Part shown: positions 13,301 through 57,400 of the stretch, piece by piece
Layout: the number at the start of each line of letters is the position of its first letter
How positions within the stretch are numbered: the stretch's first letter is position 1
Assembly: GCA_002633005.1 (NCBI GenBank)
Contig: NMRA01000124.1
Coordinates: forward strand, 823,814-887,813
Direction: 5' to 3'
Source: Phoronis australis
Lineage: Eukaryota > Animalia > Phoronida
Length of the DNA stretch: 64,000 nt
Notes under the pieces: generated by a model
What the model was told of the DNA's origin: nothing
Databases searched by the model: none
The model's input: the letters and a program-made list of their open reading frames with translations, nothing else
Program-made: the position numbers and the translations under genes

Positions 13301-16300
13301 ACTGAGAGTGAAGGGAAATTAACAGGAAAGTTAGTAAGGTGGCCAAGCCATTCTGTCATTAGACATTTGTCCTTGTGATGTTTATTACCAGTCATGTTTC
13401 CTATAAACAGAACTAGCCATCATGACAGAAGAACAGTATTTTGCCTGGTTACGTTTGACTTGTCGTGTACTTACAGTCTACTCTTCAATATTGCCATGAC
13501 TTCATGTAATACACGTGTTTCAGTCCGTGAGTTCTGCGTTTCTTTCAGGTTGGTGCTATCCATCAAAAGAGGACGCTAGCGTTTCTCAACCATTTCATTA
13601 CGCATACTGCACGTTTCCTCAACAGATTTTCATGCGTTTGCGAAGAAAAGCTAGCTGACTTGTCAGTACGATTGCAAAGACTAGAAACAACACTGAGTTT
13701 ATTGGAAACAAAGGCAAGTACATTTGCTAGCGCTAGATTTTTGATCAGAAATAGTTATTTTACTGTATTGATCTAGGTAATTGCTAGCCTCGGTGCAAAG
13801 CTGGTCGCGAAATAAACGACTAACAAATTTCATCTCGTCAGGTTTATAAGTATTTTCTTAATCTATATTTCTGTTCTTGGTCACTGTTAGAACTTTGATT
13901 TGGGTTGTTGATCTATTGAGAAAAAGTGGTAAACTACGACAAAATTTTTGTATTTGGGCGGGAAACTAAGTATTTGCCACTAACTCAAGAAATGGACAAT
14001 CGCTGCACAAATGAAAAAGTTCATGTTAATTCGACATTACGTCTGTTCATTAGGCATCATGAGGATACAAACAATCCGATGCAGACATCAATCGTCGACA
14101 TACGAGTCACTGGGCATTCAGGACCAACGTGGTGCTGGTTCTCTGAGTAGCATGCTGAGCTCAGTGAGCCTACAGCTATGGTGACGACCTGCTTACTATT
14201 TCCCGTCATTGTTGTTGCACTCATTTCACTTCATGGATGTAACCAAACTCGTATGTAGACACTTGATGTCCGATTGTTTGTATCCTGTCGATGTGTAATG
14301 AACAAACAAAACCTCAAATTAATGTGAACTTCTTCATTTGTGCAACGATTGTCCGTTTTTTGGTTGTATTCTGGCTAAAAAATGATGTGATTACTACTAA
14401 CTGAACAGCTATGAGGAGTCTGGTATCGTTTCAACATTGTATTCGTTGAATGTTTGATGCTGCATCACATGCAAACAAACTACAGATCAGTTTCTTTAGT
14501 CTGTTTCCTGCCAAAGCTTAAGAGAATATCGTGGTTTGGTCAAACTACTGTTTGTCACCAACTTTAAAGTTTCCATAACTTTTGCATTGGTAATTGAATG
14601 GCCGTGGGTTTGAACACTGGTTGACAAGGAAATTATGTCTGAGTTCTCTGTGATACCACGGTTTCTTTAGTTCTCTCAATAATAACGAGAAAGAATAGTT
14701 GGAGAAACCTGCAACTCATTGTGGTTGGTTCAACACATGTTGTTACCTAAACATCAAAAATAGGCTGGAACTTTTATAGACATAAAAAATATTATTAAAT
14801 GAGATTTTCAGGGATGCGCCAAAAATAGCGTAGTATAGTGCTAGTCTACACTGACTGATTTTGAAACTTGCACCTCAAAACTGACATCAGATGACCCATT
14901 GCAGCTGGCATTAGATGGATTTTTCTTTTTGTAAATACGCACAACTAAAGATATAGCGTATGCATTAGTTCTAGAAATACGGTACACTTTACTTTTATGT
15001 GACATGTATTTTCTAACATTCCAGTTAGCGTCTGTCCCAGGTTTAGAGAATATAACAGCGCCGAGCACTCAACAGCAGCAGCCTCAACAGACAGCGCAAC
15101 CTGGTGATAGTGAAGGACAGACAGCTGCACCACTGCCACCTGGCGGAACACCAGCGGAACAACCTCAGGTAAATTTCAAGTACTCATGTGTGTGTTTGTT
15201 TTTCTGTAGAATTAGGCTTAAGCCCAGACCACAGTGAATTTGTCCCAGTGTTTGTTGCTTTAAAACTCAAAAAAGGAATGACGTCACGGACAACCACCTT
15301 TTGTAGTCATTCTTTTGTGTGTTAAATTATTTATACTCTGGTAACAGGTATTTTATTAAAACAGTTGCAATGGTCAGTGCCTTCATAATTCTCCTTGAAA
15401 CATGCAAACTTGACACACACTTACTGTTTGTAACCGCATTACTGACAAGTCAAGTACAATGGAGTAGCTGGTTGTCTAGCACCAATGATTCTTTGACGTG
15501 CCCACAGACCAGCTGAGACTCAGAGGGGGTAATGTTACTACGACAATACAAACATGGTAGAATTGATGGCGTACAATTCACGCCTTGCATGAATTCACCA
15601 CTGAGCACTGCAAGACAGTAAACAAACTCCAACAGAAAATTTGTTGTTTATTGACGATGGCTGATTGAGGACATTAGAACTTAACATACTTCAACTGGAG
15701 GTATTCAACAAGCCTACAATGGTCTAATTGAACTAATAGATAGGGAGTGCTGAATGCAAACATACATATTTTATTAGAGTTTGTAATACTGATCCAAAAT
15801 TTCAGTTGCCACAATTGATTTCTCACGACATCTTGACGATGTAAGTGACTTCAACTTAGGTGAGGGCCCACAGTTGTGGGGCCCACTGTAGCCTTAGTTG
15901 GTTCTCTCACTTGTGGGTCCAGTCCTTTGATGGACGATATGTTGAAAGTCATTTACCCCATCCGAATGTTGTGAATAGCATGTCAAGTCATTGTCATTAA
16001 CAGAGTTCTGTATGTATCTGCACTTGAGCATTGCCAAAAAGTACATTTGGTATTAACTTGTAAAGAGGAGGCAGCATCACGTAGTGGGTTGAGTGTGTGC
16101 CTCCTATTCACAAGGTCGTAAGTTCGAATCCCACGGGACCCTACAGCAAGATCCTTGAGTCAGGTCACTAGCCCCGCAGCTCGGTCTTAATTTGTGTGTA
16201 TATGTGTTACATGTGTATATCGATAAATGACAAAGTTTTCAAGTGTTTGGTGTAATGGGCCCAGCTGAATGGCCTGCGCACATCTGATGCAAAGTGTATC

Positions 16301-18211
16301 AGACCACCTGCACTATTTGTAAAGACAAAATAAGACCAGTTTTAGCATATTTTCACTTAATGGCTCCTTTACCCTTTCTTGTATAGGAAGAAGATCCTCA
16401 GCCCGAACCAGAGTCTACACAGCCTAAAGTAAAAGATGATCCACGATACATTCCATACTTCAAGATGTTGAACTTTGTAAGTTGTATAATAACGAAGTCA
16501 ATTATCAGTGGAATACTAACGATAAATTGAACGTTTTCAACCATCATTCTAAAAAACTGATGTTTAGGTGAACTTGCAGTCACATGATGAAGTACCCGCC
16601 TTGAGCCACGTAATATGTCAGACAGAGGGTACTGACTTATGTCATGATTCATGACCCCGTCGCCCGCTTTCCACTAAGCTTTCGTGTATTCAGTGTGTCT
16701 TGTCTTTTTGGTGTCATGAGCAACAATTTTAGCATTATTCCAGTCTTATGTGGTGAAGAAAAAAGTAGATGTCTGGTGATACGGATAGGTTATTACTTTA
16801 AATTTGTATTGCTTTCGGTCGAGTCTACCTTTTTTGAACTTTTGCTTTATGATAATAAAGGCCCTAATCATTTGAATGCACTTCTTGATTAGAACTGTTT
16901 AAAATTAAACAGATATTGTACGCTGTCCGCACCAACTGTTGTTAAATTATTCTATACTAAAAGTTTTTTCTTGAAAAGACAACATTTTCCTCATTAAAAA
17001 AATTCAAAGGCTTTGTTTTGTGTTCTTAGTTGGTATTTCTGTCTATTTTGGATCTTATCTTATCTGCTTCATTCCAGGGTGTACCTCCCCCTGCTATTAA
17101 AGGCAAGATGAAGGCTGAAGGGAGAAATCCAGACTTATTGGAGTATGTTTTATGGAAAGATCGTTTAAAAAAATCACGTTTTATTTTCGTTGATTAAATG
17201 AAGTTGTTAAGCCGTGCTGCAGAATAGAAAGCCCTGAGTGTATAGTAAACGGTACATTGTAATCGTGATAGAATTTCCATGAGCAGTAAGTGAGTGTGAT
17301 TTATACCGTGTTGTCGTGCCATAAGCCCATTGGCATCTGTGCAGAACTGCTCTCATATGTGAAACGTACGTGTATGTGCCAATATGCGAACCAAATGGGT
17401 TAAGAAGACCGTGAAGAAAGGCATTATTTGGGATATTGGCCCTTGGGCCTGAAGGCACAGCAATATGGTAATAGAAAACTATTTACCAAATTTCTTGAAA
17501 GTACGCCAAAGAACTCCAATGATACAGAGGCAAAGTAAAAAAATGCCATGAGGAAGCACAGCGGTAGTCAAAATGTGCGCCTATGAGAATTAATGTATGG
17601 GCCTATGCACAGGACATTACCTGGACTTATATGTAAAACTGAGACGTATACGCCAATATTTGAACTACTTGGGTAAAAAAGGCCTGGAAAAAAGTCATTA
17701 TATCAGATATAGACCCATGGGCCTAAAAGCGCAGCAATATGGTATATGTAGTTTCCTGTTACAATTTCTAATTTATGTTATGCTGTATATCTAATAAAGC
17801 AATACCAATAATCTAGAATCCACTGCAAAGCTTTTTGGAAGCAATAGACGACTCGATATTCACGAGGTTGTGTAGAAAGTTCCCTGTTTAGCATTTTAAT
17901 AGACTGTCGATTGCCTGGAGACGTTCGTGGGCGAAATGTCCTAGGTGGTTAACTGAATGCATTTCTACAGGTAGTACTCTTGTTGCACTAGTGACACCTG
18001 GTGAATTTCGAATTGCCCATTTGTTTTGTTCAACGGAGCTGTAAGCACTTGCTAGAGTAGGTAATCTGTAACTGATTCATTTATTTATCACTTTTTCAGC
18101 ACACCGGATGCTCCAGCGCCACCTGGCGATGGTAATGGTAATCAATCATCAGAAGATGATGATAGTGACAATGGTGGAGATTCGGATGACAGCTCTGGCT
18201 TCTCTGATTAA
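10400..18211 (+). CDS. WASHC3: WASH complex subunit 3 (CCDC53), complete, 6 exons, 208 aa
   Basis: Exons 10400-10450 (MDEDGLPLVGAGIDYTK), 13549-13713 (VGAIHQKRTLAFLNHF..FLNRFSCVCEEKL..LETK), 15025-15168 (LASVPGLENI), 16387-16476 (KDDPRYIPYFKML), 17078-17142 (GVPPPAIKGKMKAEG..PDLL), 18100-18211 (TPDAPAP..SGFSD*); 627 nt in frame. Confidence 0.95.
10715..11640. mobile_element. MITE/foldback element with ~265-bp terminal inverted repeats, TA-flanked
   Basis: 10715 to about 10980 is the reverse complement of about 11372-11640 (mirror ORFs MTIASVGPKQ..); TA at 10713-10714 and 11641-11642. Confidence 0.88.
11911..12312 (-). mobile_element. ~400-bp MITE, AATAGGGCCGTCC-TIR family, copy 1
   Basis: Reverse-complement similarity to 26596-26988; degenerate TIRs aataggaccgtcc / ggacgaccatatt. 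Confidence 0.7.
13235..13345 (+). repeat. Short dispersed repeat, second copy at about 31280-31390
   Basis: Shared tcatgacagctgg..catcagagtagtc..atgac.gaga.tgaa. Confidence 0.6.
13985..14362. mobile_element. Degenerate inverted-repeat MITE
   Basis: About 13990-14107 (ggacaatcg.tgcacaaatgaa..aggatacaaacaatc..acatacgagt) is mirrored at about 14247-14357. Confidence 0.65.
16068..16320 (+). mobile_element. tRNA-derived SINE
   Basis: Box A-like tcacgtagtgg and box B gttcgaatcc (16122-16131); body (ccttgagtcaggtc..atgggccca..cagacc.cctgca) shared with 48570-48800. Confidence 0.7.
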
Positions 18212-18412
18212 AATTCATTCAAATGTTGTACTCATTATTACCAAGGATTGTGCTGCATTCAGTCATGTAAATCGGTAGTTTTCAAACTGATATTGCATGT
18301 GCACATCTAATGCTCATGAGTAATGTAGCTATTGTCAACGACACGCATCAATTTGAATGGGGAATGTTGATTTGTTTGGATTTTGCAGTTGTCAGAAGAA
18401 TTGATCCAGGTT

Positions 18413-18620
18413 TTAAAGGTCATATAGGACCCTAGAAAATGTCTAAATTGGCTAAATTTGGAACATCATAACTCAGAAATGAGTGACCAGATTCATATCA
18501 AGCTTTCAGACATTGTGCTTTATGCACTGTTCTTGAAATGATTCCCTTTTGCAAGAGGTCTATCAAAATTGGACTCTTAGGCTGTAGCCTCATGTGCACT
18601 GTTGTCCACTAACTGTAAAA
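18413..18620 (+). mobile_element. Fragment of the TTAA-flanked MITE family, downstream of the WASHC3 stop codon
   Basis: ttaaaggtcatataggaccctagaaaatgtc.. resembles the left end of the 50761 element. Confidence 0.5.
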
Positions 18621-20369
18621 CGAATATCTGTTATGTGTAAAATGACACTGAAGATTGCATCACAGCGAGAATGTTTGTACGTTGCTTTAGTAAAGATCTG
18701 GTATTTGACGACCAAGGAGTAAAAGGACAATGTAACATGAAAGTTAAGGCAGCCATTCTGAGGATTCATGATGCTTTTCCTTTTTGGCAGCGATACGATT
18801 TCATTGATGAGCAAATTTGACTTTTAAATGTTTCTCAACTACAGGTCTATAGGAAAGTAAATATTATAAGCAATAGCAAAACTAGAGATGGCGCTACTTC
18901 ACATCTTGTTACAGACTCCTGACCAATCATAGATTTTTTTGTATACCTATTTTGCATCTTGCTGGTGATGAAAAGTTGGGTTCTTTCCTGGGACTATTTT
19001 TTCACTGTACCCTTTCGAGTTCTCAAAGCTATGGGTTGAGTGTTTTTTTGTTCACCTGTGTAATAAAAGAACACTTTGGATAATTATAATTATGATACAT
19101 TTGTCCAAGATGATTTTGGTGTAAGTATTCTAAAGTTGCAGTAAAAAAACTGGTTATTCTTAACACTGCGTAGTTACACTGACATTTCTTAGTGGTGTTA
19201 GTTAACATTCTCTGGCATTTCAATCACTTTCATTGCAACTAAACTGGCATTTTAAAGAGAGAGAACTTATCATAGATATTTTTCCAATTTATTTGGATCA
19301 TTGATTGTGTAACAAAATCCAGATGTTGTAAAATTTTGCTGTGTTATAGCAGAAAATAATGACTTTGTTCCAACTGATCGTTTTATAATATATTGTTTTT
19401 AACGTATTGTTGACATCCCCCTGTCTTCTTTCTCTGGCGTAACATTGTTTGGTAATGATCATAAATTGCAATAATAGCCCACCAGAGTGTTGCCAAAATA
19501 TCACCAGAAGGAAAAATAATTTGTTATCCAAAGGACAAGGTTGTTAGCCAAAAAACACTGTCAGTCAATGGATGGTTCGTGAAGAGCGAACAGTTAGTGT
19601 GTACTCTTTGTTCACGGCTAAGTATTCTTCTTTCTTACACCACATTTTTAATTGCTTGCGTTTCAAGAGGTTCAAACGGTTGTGAATTTCCTGGTTAGAA
19701 TAGGCCCGTTGGTGAGAGTGTTCTATGAAAATTTATAATGTTAACCTCAGAAAAGCGTCTTGTGTTGACTCGCGTAAAAATTCAGAAGATTCCAGAGACA
19801 GTTTCTCACAAAAAGTGGCATATGAGTGAGTGTATGCGAGTATTTCCAGGATATGAACACCTCAACTGTTTGTCTTAAAACTTAAGTAATGAGAAAGTCT
19901 TTCCATTGAAATAGTGTACATCTGTTCTAGAATCATCAAAATAACAGTTACTGTACTAAACCAGTTACCAAGGCAACTGACCAAAGCAAACTATTTGACA
20001 CCAAATCTTTCACTCATCTCAGTGTTACACGATGAGTGTATGAGTTTAGTTCCCAAATTGTTTAAGGTACTTAAGTCTTTTTAGTTAGGGCTGAAACATT
20101 TCCCAACTTTTCGGTTTGGTTTTGGCTCACGTTTTGTTTTTTGTTAGTTTCGTGTCCCTCAGAAAGGCGTGTGGTGTCTAGAAAATTTGCCACCAATGTT
20201 ACTTGTCACAAAAGTCAAAGCTATGTTCTGGGATTATTTATCGTATAGTTTGGATTCACTTTGTTGAAAGTTTTATGCAATCGATAAAACTTGGTAAAAT
20301 GTTCGGTTAATGAGTGAAACATAGGCTAAGTTTTCTTTTAGACATGTGTTGAACAAACATTACATTACA

Positions 20370-20473
20370 TTTCACGGCGCGAATAGTTATTCTCTGGAAT
20401 TGGCGGCCCGATCTCACGGAAGATTACTTGTGTGGCGCGCAGTAACGTGGGAGTAGGAAAATAAATAGTGAGT
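20370..20473 (+). promoter_or_regulatory. Candidate CHD promoter and non-coding first exon
   Basis: Local CpG enrichment, cggaag motif and donor-like GTGAGT at 20468; candidate acceptor at 22989 upstream of the ATG; no transcript evidence. Confidence 0.35.
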
Positions 20474-23045
20474 ACCTGTTTGCGCTCAGCGCGAAGATGT
20501 GTTCCAGTCCTTTCTACAATTACGCTTTAATTACTCGCGTACAACCCCCTTAACTTTCGCCTGGATATAAATATGATGTTTTTTTTCGCCAGTTGTCAGT
20601 TACTCACACACTTGTTGGAAGTTTCACACCGTTCACAAGTTTTTGAAATTGGTGGCCCGGATCTGCCGTGGAAATTCCCACTTGCCCTTCCCCTAGTCGA
20701 CTGTACGTAAGTCTTGGCAAACGTGGCAAGTTTCGACACCTCATAAAAACACTTTCCCATGCACTGGCAGTTCTCTGAAACAAAATAATGCTCTGTAACA
20801 AAACCCTCAAAAGTTTGGAGGGATAATTGGAGAACTCCTTTCAAAGTTTGCTCACTGAACGGGCACGCGTGGTCTACGTTTTTGGCGAATTACATGGTGG
20901 CTGTGGAAAAAGAATACTGACCTATAGGGAGCATGGATTTTTAACTGATTACTGTCCTTAACTTGAAAGATTGACGTCAGTGGTGTGTATTAGCTGGTGA
21001 CACAGCAAGGAATGGCGGAAATCATCGAAACAGGACTTAACTGAAAGCACTTGACAAAAATCGCGACATAGTGCTCACGTGTCATAAATCGTGTTGACAA
21101 CTTCACTCGTTTGTTAGGCATGATAAAGGGTTGGAAACAAATTAGCACATGAACACACTGAGTACCTAGCTGTGGCTCAAAAACCAAGTACACCGCTTGG
21201 AACACTGTCGCAACACTGCCAAACCGCTACTAAGTCGACCTGACAAAATGAAGCCTAGCCTAGTGCGCACAATATGGGCCTACTAGCTGTGCATGTTTTC
21301 ATAATCAGGTGCATGCGCCTATGTATGAAACACTTCAATGAGGATTTTTTAAAAATAATCTGCGAGTGAAATTAAGGTTACTGTTTCAATATGGGGCTCC
21401 GATGTTTAATGAATTTTCTGCAGACAATTACAGTAGCCCGTTTTTAGGTACGCTCAGTATATAGGCGTATATGAAGGAAATCTCTGCAGATACGCCCAGA
21501 ACATCTATTGGGGGAAAATATGGATGAATGAATTCTGAACTCTTGTACCAGCCAGATTCTGCGCGCGAGCCACGCCAACTTAATTTAACGCTCGCACGCC
21601 GTAGGCCCATCTGCGCTTTTGAAAGTTACCCGTCCTGACGGCGCATCCTGTGATTGTGTAGGCGATGAATATCACTCAGTTGCGGTAGCATATTTTTCTT
21701 TTATACCCTGTGTTTTATGGCAAACGAATTATCAGAAAAAAGTCCCAGAATTTTGTCAAAAATGTTCTTTTTTGAACCCCATCCATAATGCACGAATCTC
21801 GTATATGACGTTTTTCCACAGTAATGGGGATTTGGTTAAGTAGGGCAGAATGTCGTCATGTGCGGTGTGTCCCCGAGATGAGAGACAGTTCGTCTGCTTA
21901 TGACCGACTTGTGTTCATTTTCACGTGATCCTTTACTATAGCTTTGACCACTTTAGCTGCCTGAAAAGCTAATAATGTAGAAATGGCATCGTCATAACTT
22001 ATTTACAAGACTGGTTACGTGTCTAATTGCAGTTAAGGCATGCATATGTATTCTCAAAATTACGGTTCGTATTCAATTCAATTTACACGGGCCAAAACCG
22101 TTGAAGAGTGGTAATTTTCTATAGGCCCTACTATATGGAATTGATTCCAAAACTTTAGTCGGCGGCCTAAATCAATATCATTGTTTAAATTATTATTTTG
22201 TTCTATAACTGATTGGCCTCGTGCACCACGGTTCACTATGCATTTAATGAGTAATCCGGTGATAGTAAAACCGCTGACTGGGGCCAATATGCTTTTTGAA
22301 CAGTACCTACATATATAGCGATAACGGTTTGTAATTCCCATGATATTTAAATTGTTTGTTCGAAGATCCATACAATTCTCAAACCTGACTGAGCACACCA
22401 TTCCCCCCCTCAAAAAATGCGATTATTGAGCTCCCGGATATTTTTAAATAGGCTACGTAGGCTATATCTTCAAATAGATAAAAACGCCGAAAAAGAACCG
22501 TCCCATCTTCAGAATCTTGGCATGTGGTAAATGATCACAAATAGCGTCTCCGCCAGTTCGCAACGGCTATGCGTGACAGAAACTAAATCAAAACAACAAT
22601 AGGCCTCACGGCGAATTTTTGCCAAGTACGCCTTCATGAATATGGATTTATTTATAATCCCCGATTAACATTTCAGAACTCAGTCACCAAGTCAATGGTA
22701 AGCAATTTGTATCGTCTTTTCTGTTGCTTCTGTCAAATTAGTCATCTCAGGTGTCCAGGGGTGTGTATCAACATTGTTCTTCGTTTCCCCGGAACATGAA
22801 TCAGAAAACATTTCGTTAATAAACACGTGATCAGTTAGTTATAAATTATGGGATGGACCAAATTCATTAATGACGTCACATGCGCATGTGTATTTAGTTT
22901 GGCGGCGGTGAGATAAGGGGTGAATGTCCCTTGTTTGCTCATCAAAAGTTATCATAACTTTGAATATTAAAGACATCCTGGTTTGGCAGGGAAGAAATTC
23001 TTGAGTGAGGATTCCCTTGTTATGCCTGGTCCTTTCAAAAGAACC

Positions 23046-53826
<30,781 letters not shown>

Positions 53827-54414
53827 ACCTGGCGTGCTGTTCATTTCTTAAATGTTCCATTAGCACTCGTATGGAACAACGAAGGTGGATGCTTGAACAA
53901 AGTAAAAAAACAGGGGTTTCTATGTCTTATTTGCCTGAGCAGTGGAAGATGATTTCACTGCGGATAGTAGTTGTATTGCAATTTATTTTTGTTCAGAAGC
54001 CATTGGGATGTTATTCTACATCTAGTTTTTGCTGTTCATGATTGTTTTGTAACTCACAGTTGTACATAGGCGTTACACAGCTTGTGTTTACCATCATTGC
54101 TAACTTAAACTGTTCATTCATTTCTGGTTATCAACTAGCAAACTGAGTACTTGTTCAAATGTTGTGTTGAAGGTATGAGCTTGAAATGAAAAGTACAAAG
54201 ATTCTTATGTTTTTTAAATTTTCCTAGCGCTTCAGTTGGTACATTTTGTAAATAAGATTGTTGTTAATTGTGGAATAAATATCTATTAAGTGTACACATC
54301 CACTATTTCTTAACAAAAATAAACTTCTCACGAGTCTACAACATTACCCACTGCAAATAAAACTTGTTATATACATCTATATACAAAATAAATAACAAAA
54401 ATGTAACAGATTGA

Positions 54415-57400
54415 TTAAAATGACAAGACGTCTTCGATGTAGTCTGTGCCAACATCGCCACCTATTGATATTGTCCTGTCGGTGGTCAGGTCGTCGTCGT
54501 TCTGCAAGAAGAGAAATGAATGTTATGAAAACATTTTAATCTTACGGTTCGACTTCAGTTCGACGAACACTTTAACATGAAGTGTTTCCTTCACGCTGTG
54601 AGCATGTTGGCTTGTGAAGCAGAAGCCACCAGACTGCTTTTCAGACAATGTTGAATTCTTATATGAAAACACAGCTTCACAATAATCCTTCACTAAGGTA
54701 CAGAGATTGTTAATTTGCATGAAACTGTGGTAGTGGAAGTACGACTTCTAATGTGCTTTATGTTTCGAATGAAGTCTTCCTTGAAACGGACAGATTATAC
54801 CTCTAGTGAAATGTCCTCTTCAATTTCTTCCTCAATTTCTTCTGCTATACTCTGCGACTTGGATTTCTCGGAGCGGGCACTTAGCGTTTCGCTCCTACCA
54901 GAACTGAGGAAATCGTCTTCATAATCATCATCAGGAACATCTGTCGGAAGTGAAACAAAATTAAAGGTGGTAGACCCGAGTTTGGTGGATAAGACTGTTA
55001 CATATCGAAACATCACGATCTTCGATAAGGTTACAAAAAATCGCAAAAGTGTCCTTGCATTCTCCAACAATCCTGCAAAAATTTGGTATCCAACCCTTGC
55101 AAAATCTGGTCCGACATGATTGTTAAAGAAGACAAAATTTTTTGTACACATATCACAGATCACGATCTATAATGTACAGAAATTTGCTTTAATCAGGGCT
55201 TGGAATTTTCCGCGGAAACGCGGATTTCCGCTTTTTTCAAATGTGCTGTCCGCTTTTATTGTAATATTTCCGCATAATAAAAATCGGATTTGATATAAAA
55301 TTTCCGCGGCAAATTCCTTTCTTACCGCGGCGTTGCAGACGACGTTCACCTCGAAAAGCGGAAGTTGCTCTTTATGTTTCGGAGGAACATAAATTGTCAA
55401 CATTGCCGGGGCACCTGGGACAGCGTGGTGGGATTTTCAATGGCGTCTCGTGTTATTGTTAAGCGCGGCGACAAATACTACCGCTCTGCAGCCAAAAATG
55501 TGTGGGGTTGGGAGTGGACGGGTGAGCTAAAAGGACGCAGACGCATGCTACTGATGGTGGTAACGTTTTTTTTTTTAGTGCTCCCGATTTTTGTCAAGGA
55601 AAGGTTCACATTGACCATTTCAAGGCTGGTTAGCGGGCATGATTTGGGCCGTAAAAGTTTCCGCGTTTTTTTGTCATTGGTCATTCCAAGCCCTGTTTAA
55701 TATAAATTTCAGCAACACTATTCGCCACTGTACAAGAAGCCGGTGAAACTTCTTCCTGGGGAACTTGTCCATATATTCACCTGTTTTAAATGGTGATTAT
55801 GCCTGAAAGCAAACGCAGTATTTTCTCTAATAAGGCCCAGGGCAGCTGGTAAAGCCGTATTAAATTGTTTTTGCTGTAGACTGTATACCTTGAAATGGGC
55901 AGGCTTTTCGTTTGATGTACGTAAAACTATACAGTAGAAAATAGGTTAGTTCTGTGACCTAACACTAAGTGGCGCTACCAGTCTATACACTGGGAGTAGT
56001 AGACTGGAAGCTATCGGCAACAAACTGTCGTTCTAACAGAACAATCGAACACACCACCTCCAGACTGCACCATGGTAAAGATTTACAAACTTACCAAATC
56101 CCAGGTCTGCCATCTTCTTGTCAATGTCTTTGATATCTTTGTCAATTTTGTCTTCCTTAGCATCTGAAATATCAACAAATGTCCAGATTTAGGGAGCACA
56201 TAAGCATCAAAGCATTCACTTACAGACGATGCAGACACTTGAGGGTGTTAATACTCAGGGCTTGGAATGACCAATGACAAGAAAGCGGAAACTTTTACGG
56301 CCCAAATCATGCCCGATAACCAGCCTTTGAAATGGTCAAAGTGAACCTTTCCGCGACAAATATCGGGAGGACTAAAAAAAAAAAAAAAAAANGCGGAAAT
56401 ATTATAAAAAAAGCGGAAAGCACATTTCAAAAAAGCGGAAATCCGCGTTTTCGCGGAAAATTCCAAGCCCTGAATACTGCATTTTGGACTAGATTACCCA
56501 GGTATGACGCTCAAGACTACGTTCCATAGGTTGAAAATGTGACTTCCCACTCAGAAGCACCTGGCTCCAATTACCTTTCTTGCTCCCATTCATACCAGGG
56601 AGAGAGGGAGCATCCTTCAGCGAGAACGAGGACTTGTTGTCTGTCAGCGAGGGCAGTCCTTGCAATGACGACAGGCCAGAATTGCCAGAGGTGCCCCCCG
56701 TCTTCGTGACCTGTGGACTCTTCACTTGACCCGGTTTGTCCTTGTCCTGAGGTTTGGTTTTATCACTGCTACGAAATATATGAATATCACTTTGCAGTTC
56801 AGTTTAATCCCATTTGTTGTACAAAACACGATATATCACCTCTTAGTGTTGACGCAAACAACCAAACAAGGTTTGTGTAAAATTTATCAGCGGAACAATG
56901 TGAAAACTTACGAATAAAAAGACAACGCAAAACAGATACCAAAACATGATGAAACATATCTTGGAGATTCACAGAGTTTCAAAAGCAATACTAAAACAGG
57001 TGAAAAGCTGACAACAAATGTTCAGTGCTATGACACAGTATGGTAAGTGTGCCCAGGAATACGATCTTCACAAGTCTACCAATGACGTCAAACGGTCAAC
57101 ATTGCGGAAAAGTTTTGGCAATAATTTGATGTAGATTGCTCAAAATCATGAAGAAAGTTCACACAACAATAAAAACTGAAGAAGTTGTGTTTAAGGTAGA
57201 ACTCAATAGCTGATAAAAATTCTACGCAGTCAAATGGGCACTGATACCTGGACAGAACGCCCTCTGCCAATCAGACTGTCACCAAATCATGGGATAAGCA
57301 ACCAAAAATACCGGGTAATCAACCATTTGACTGCGAAAACAGAACTTTTATCACGCAACTCGAGATTAGTTTGCTATTAATTACAAACAGTGACACAACA

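Noticed and set aside
16068-16140. Possible tRNA gene
   Set aside because: Acceptor stem does not pair and the sequence continues into a body shared with a second copy, so it is a SINE head
56370-56400. Internally deleted MITE variant
   Set aside because: The deletion coincides with an N after a poly-A run and may be an assembly gap
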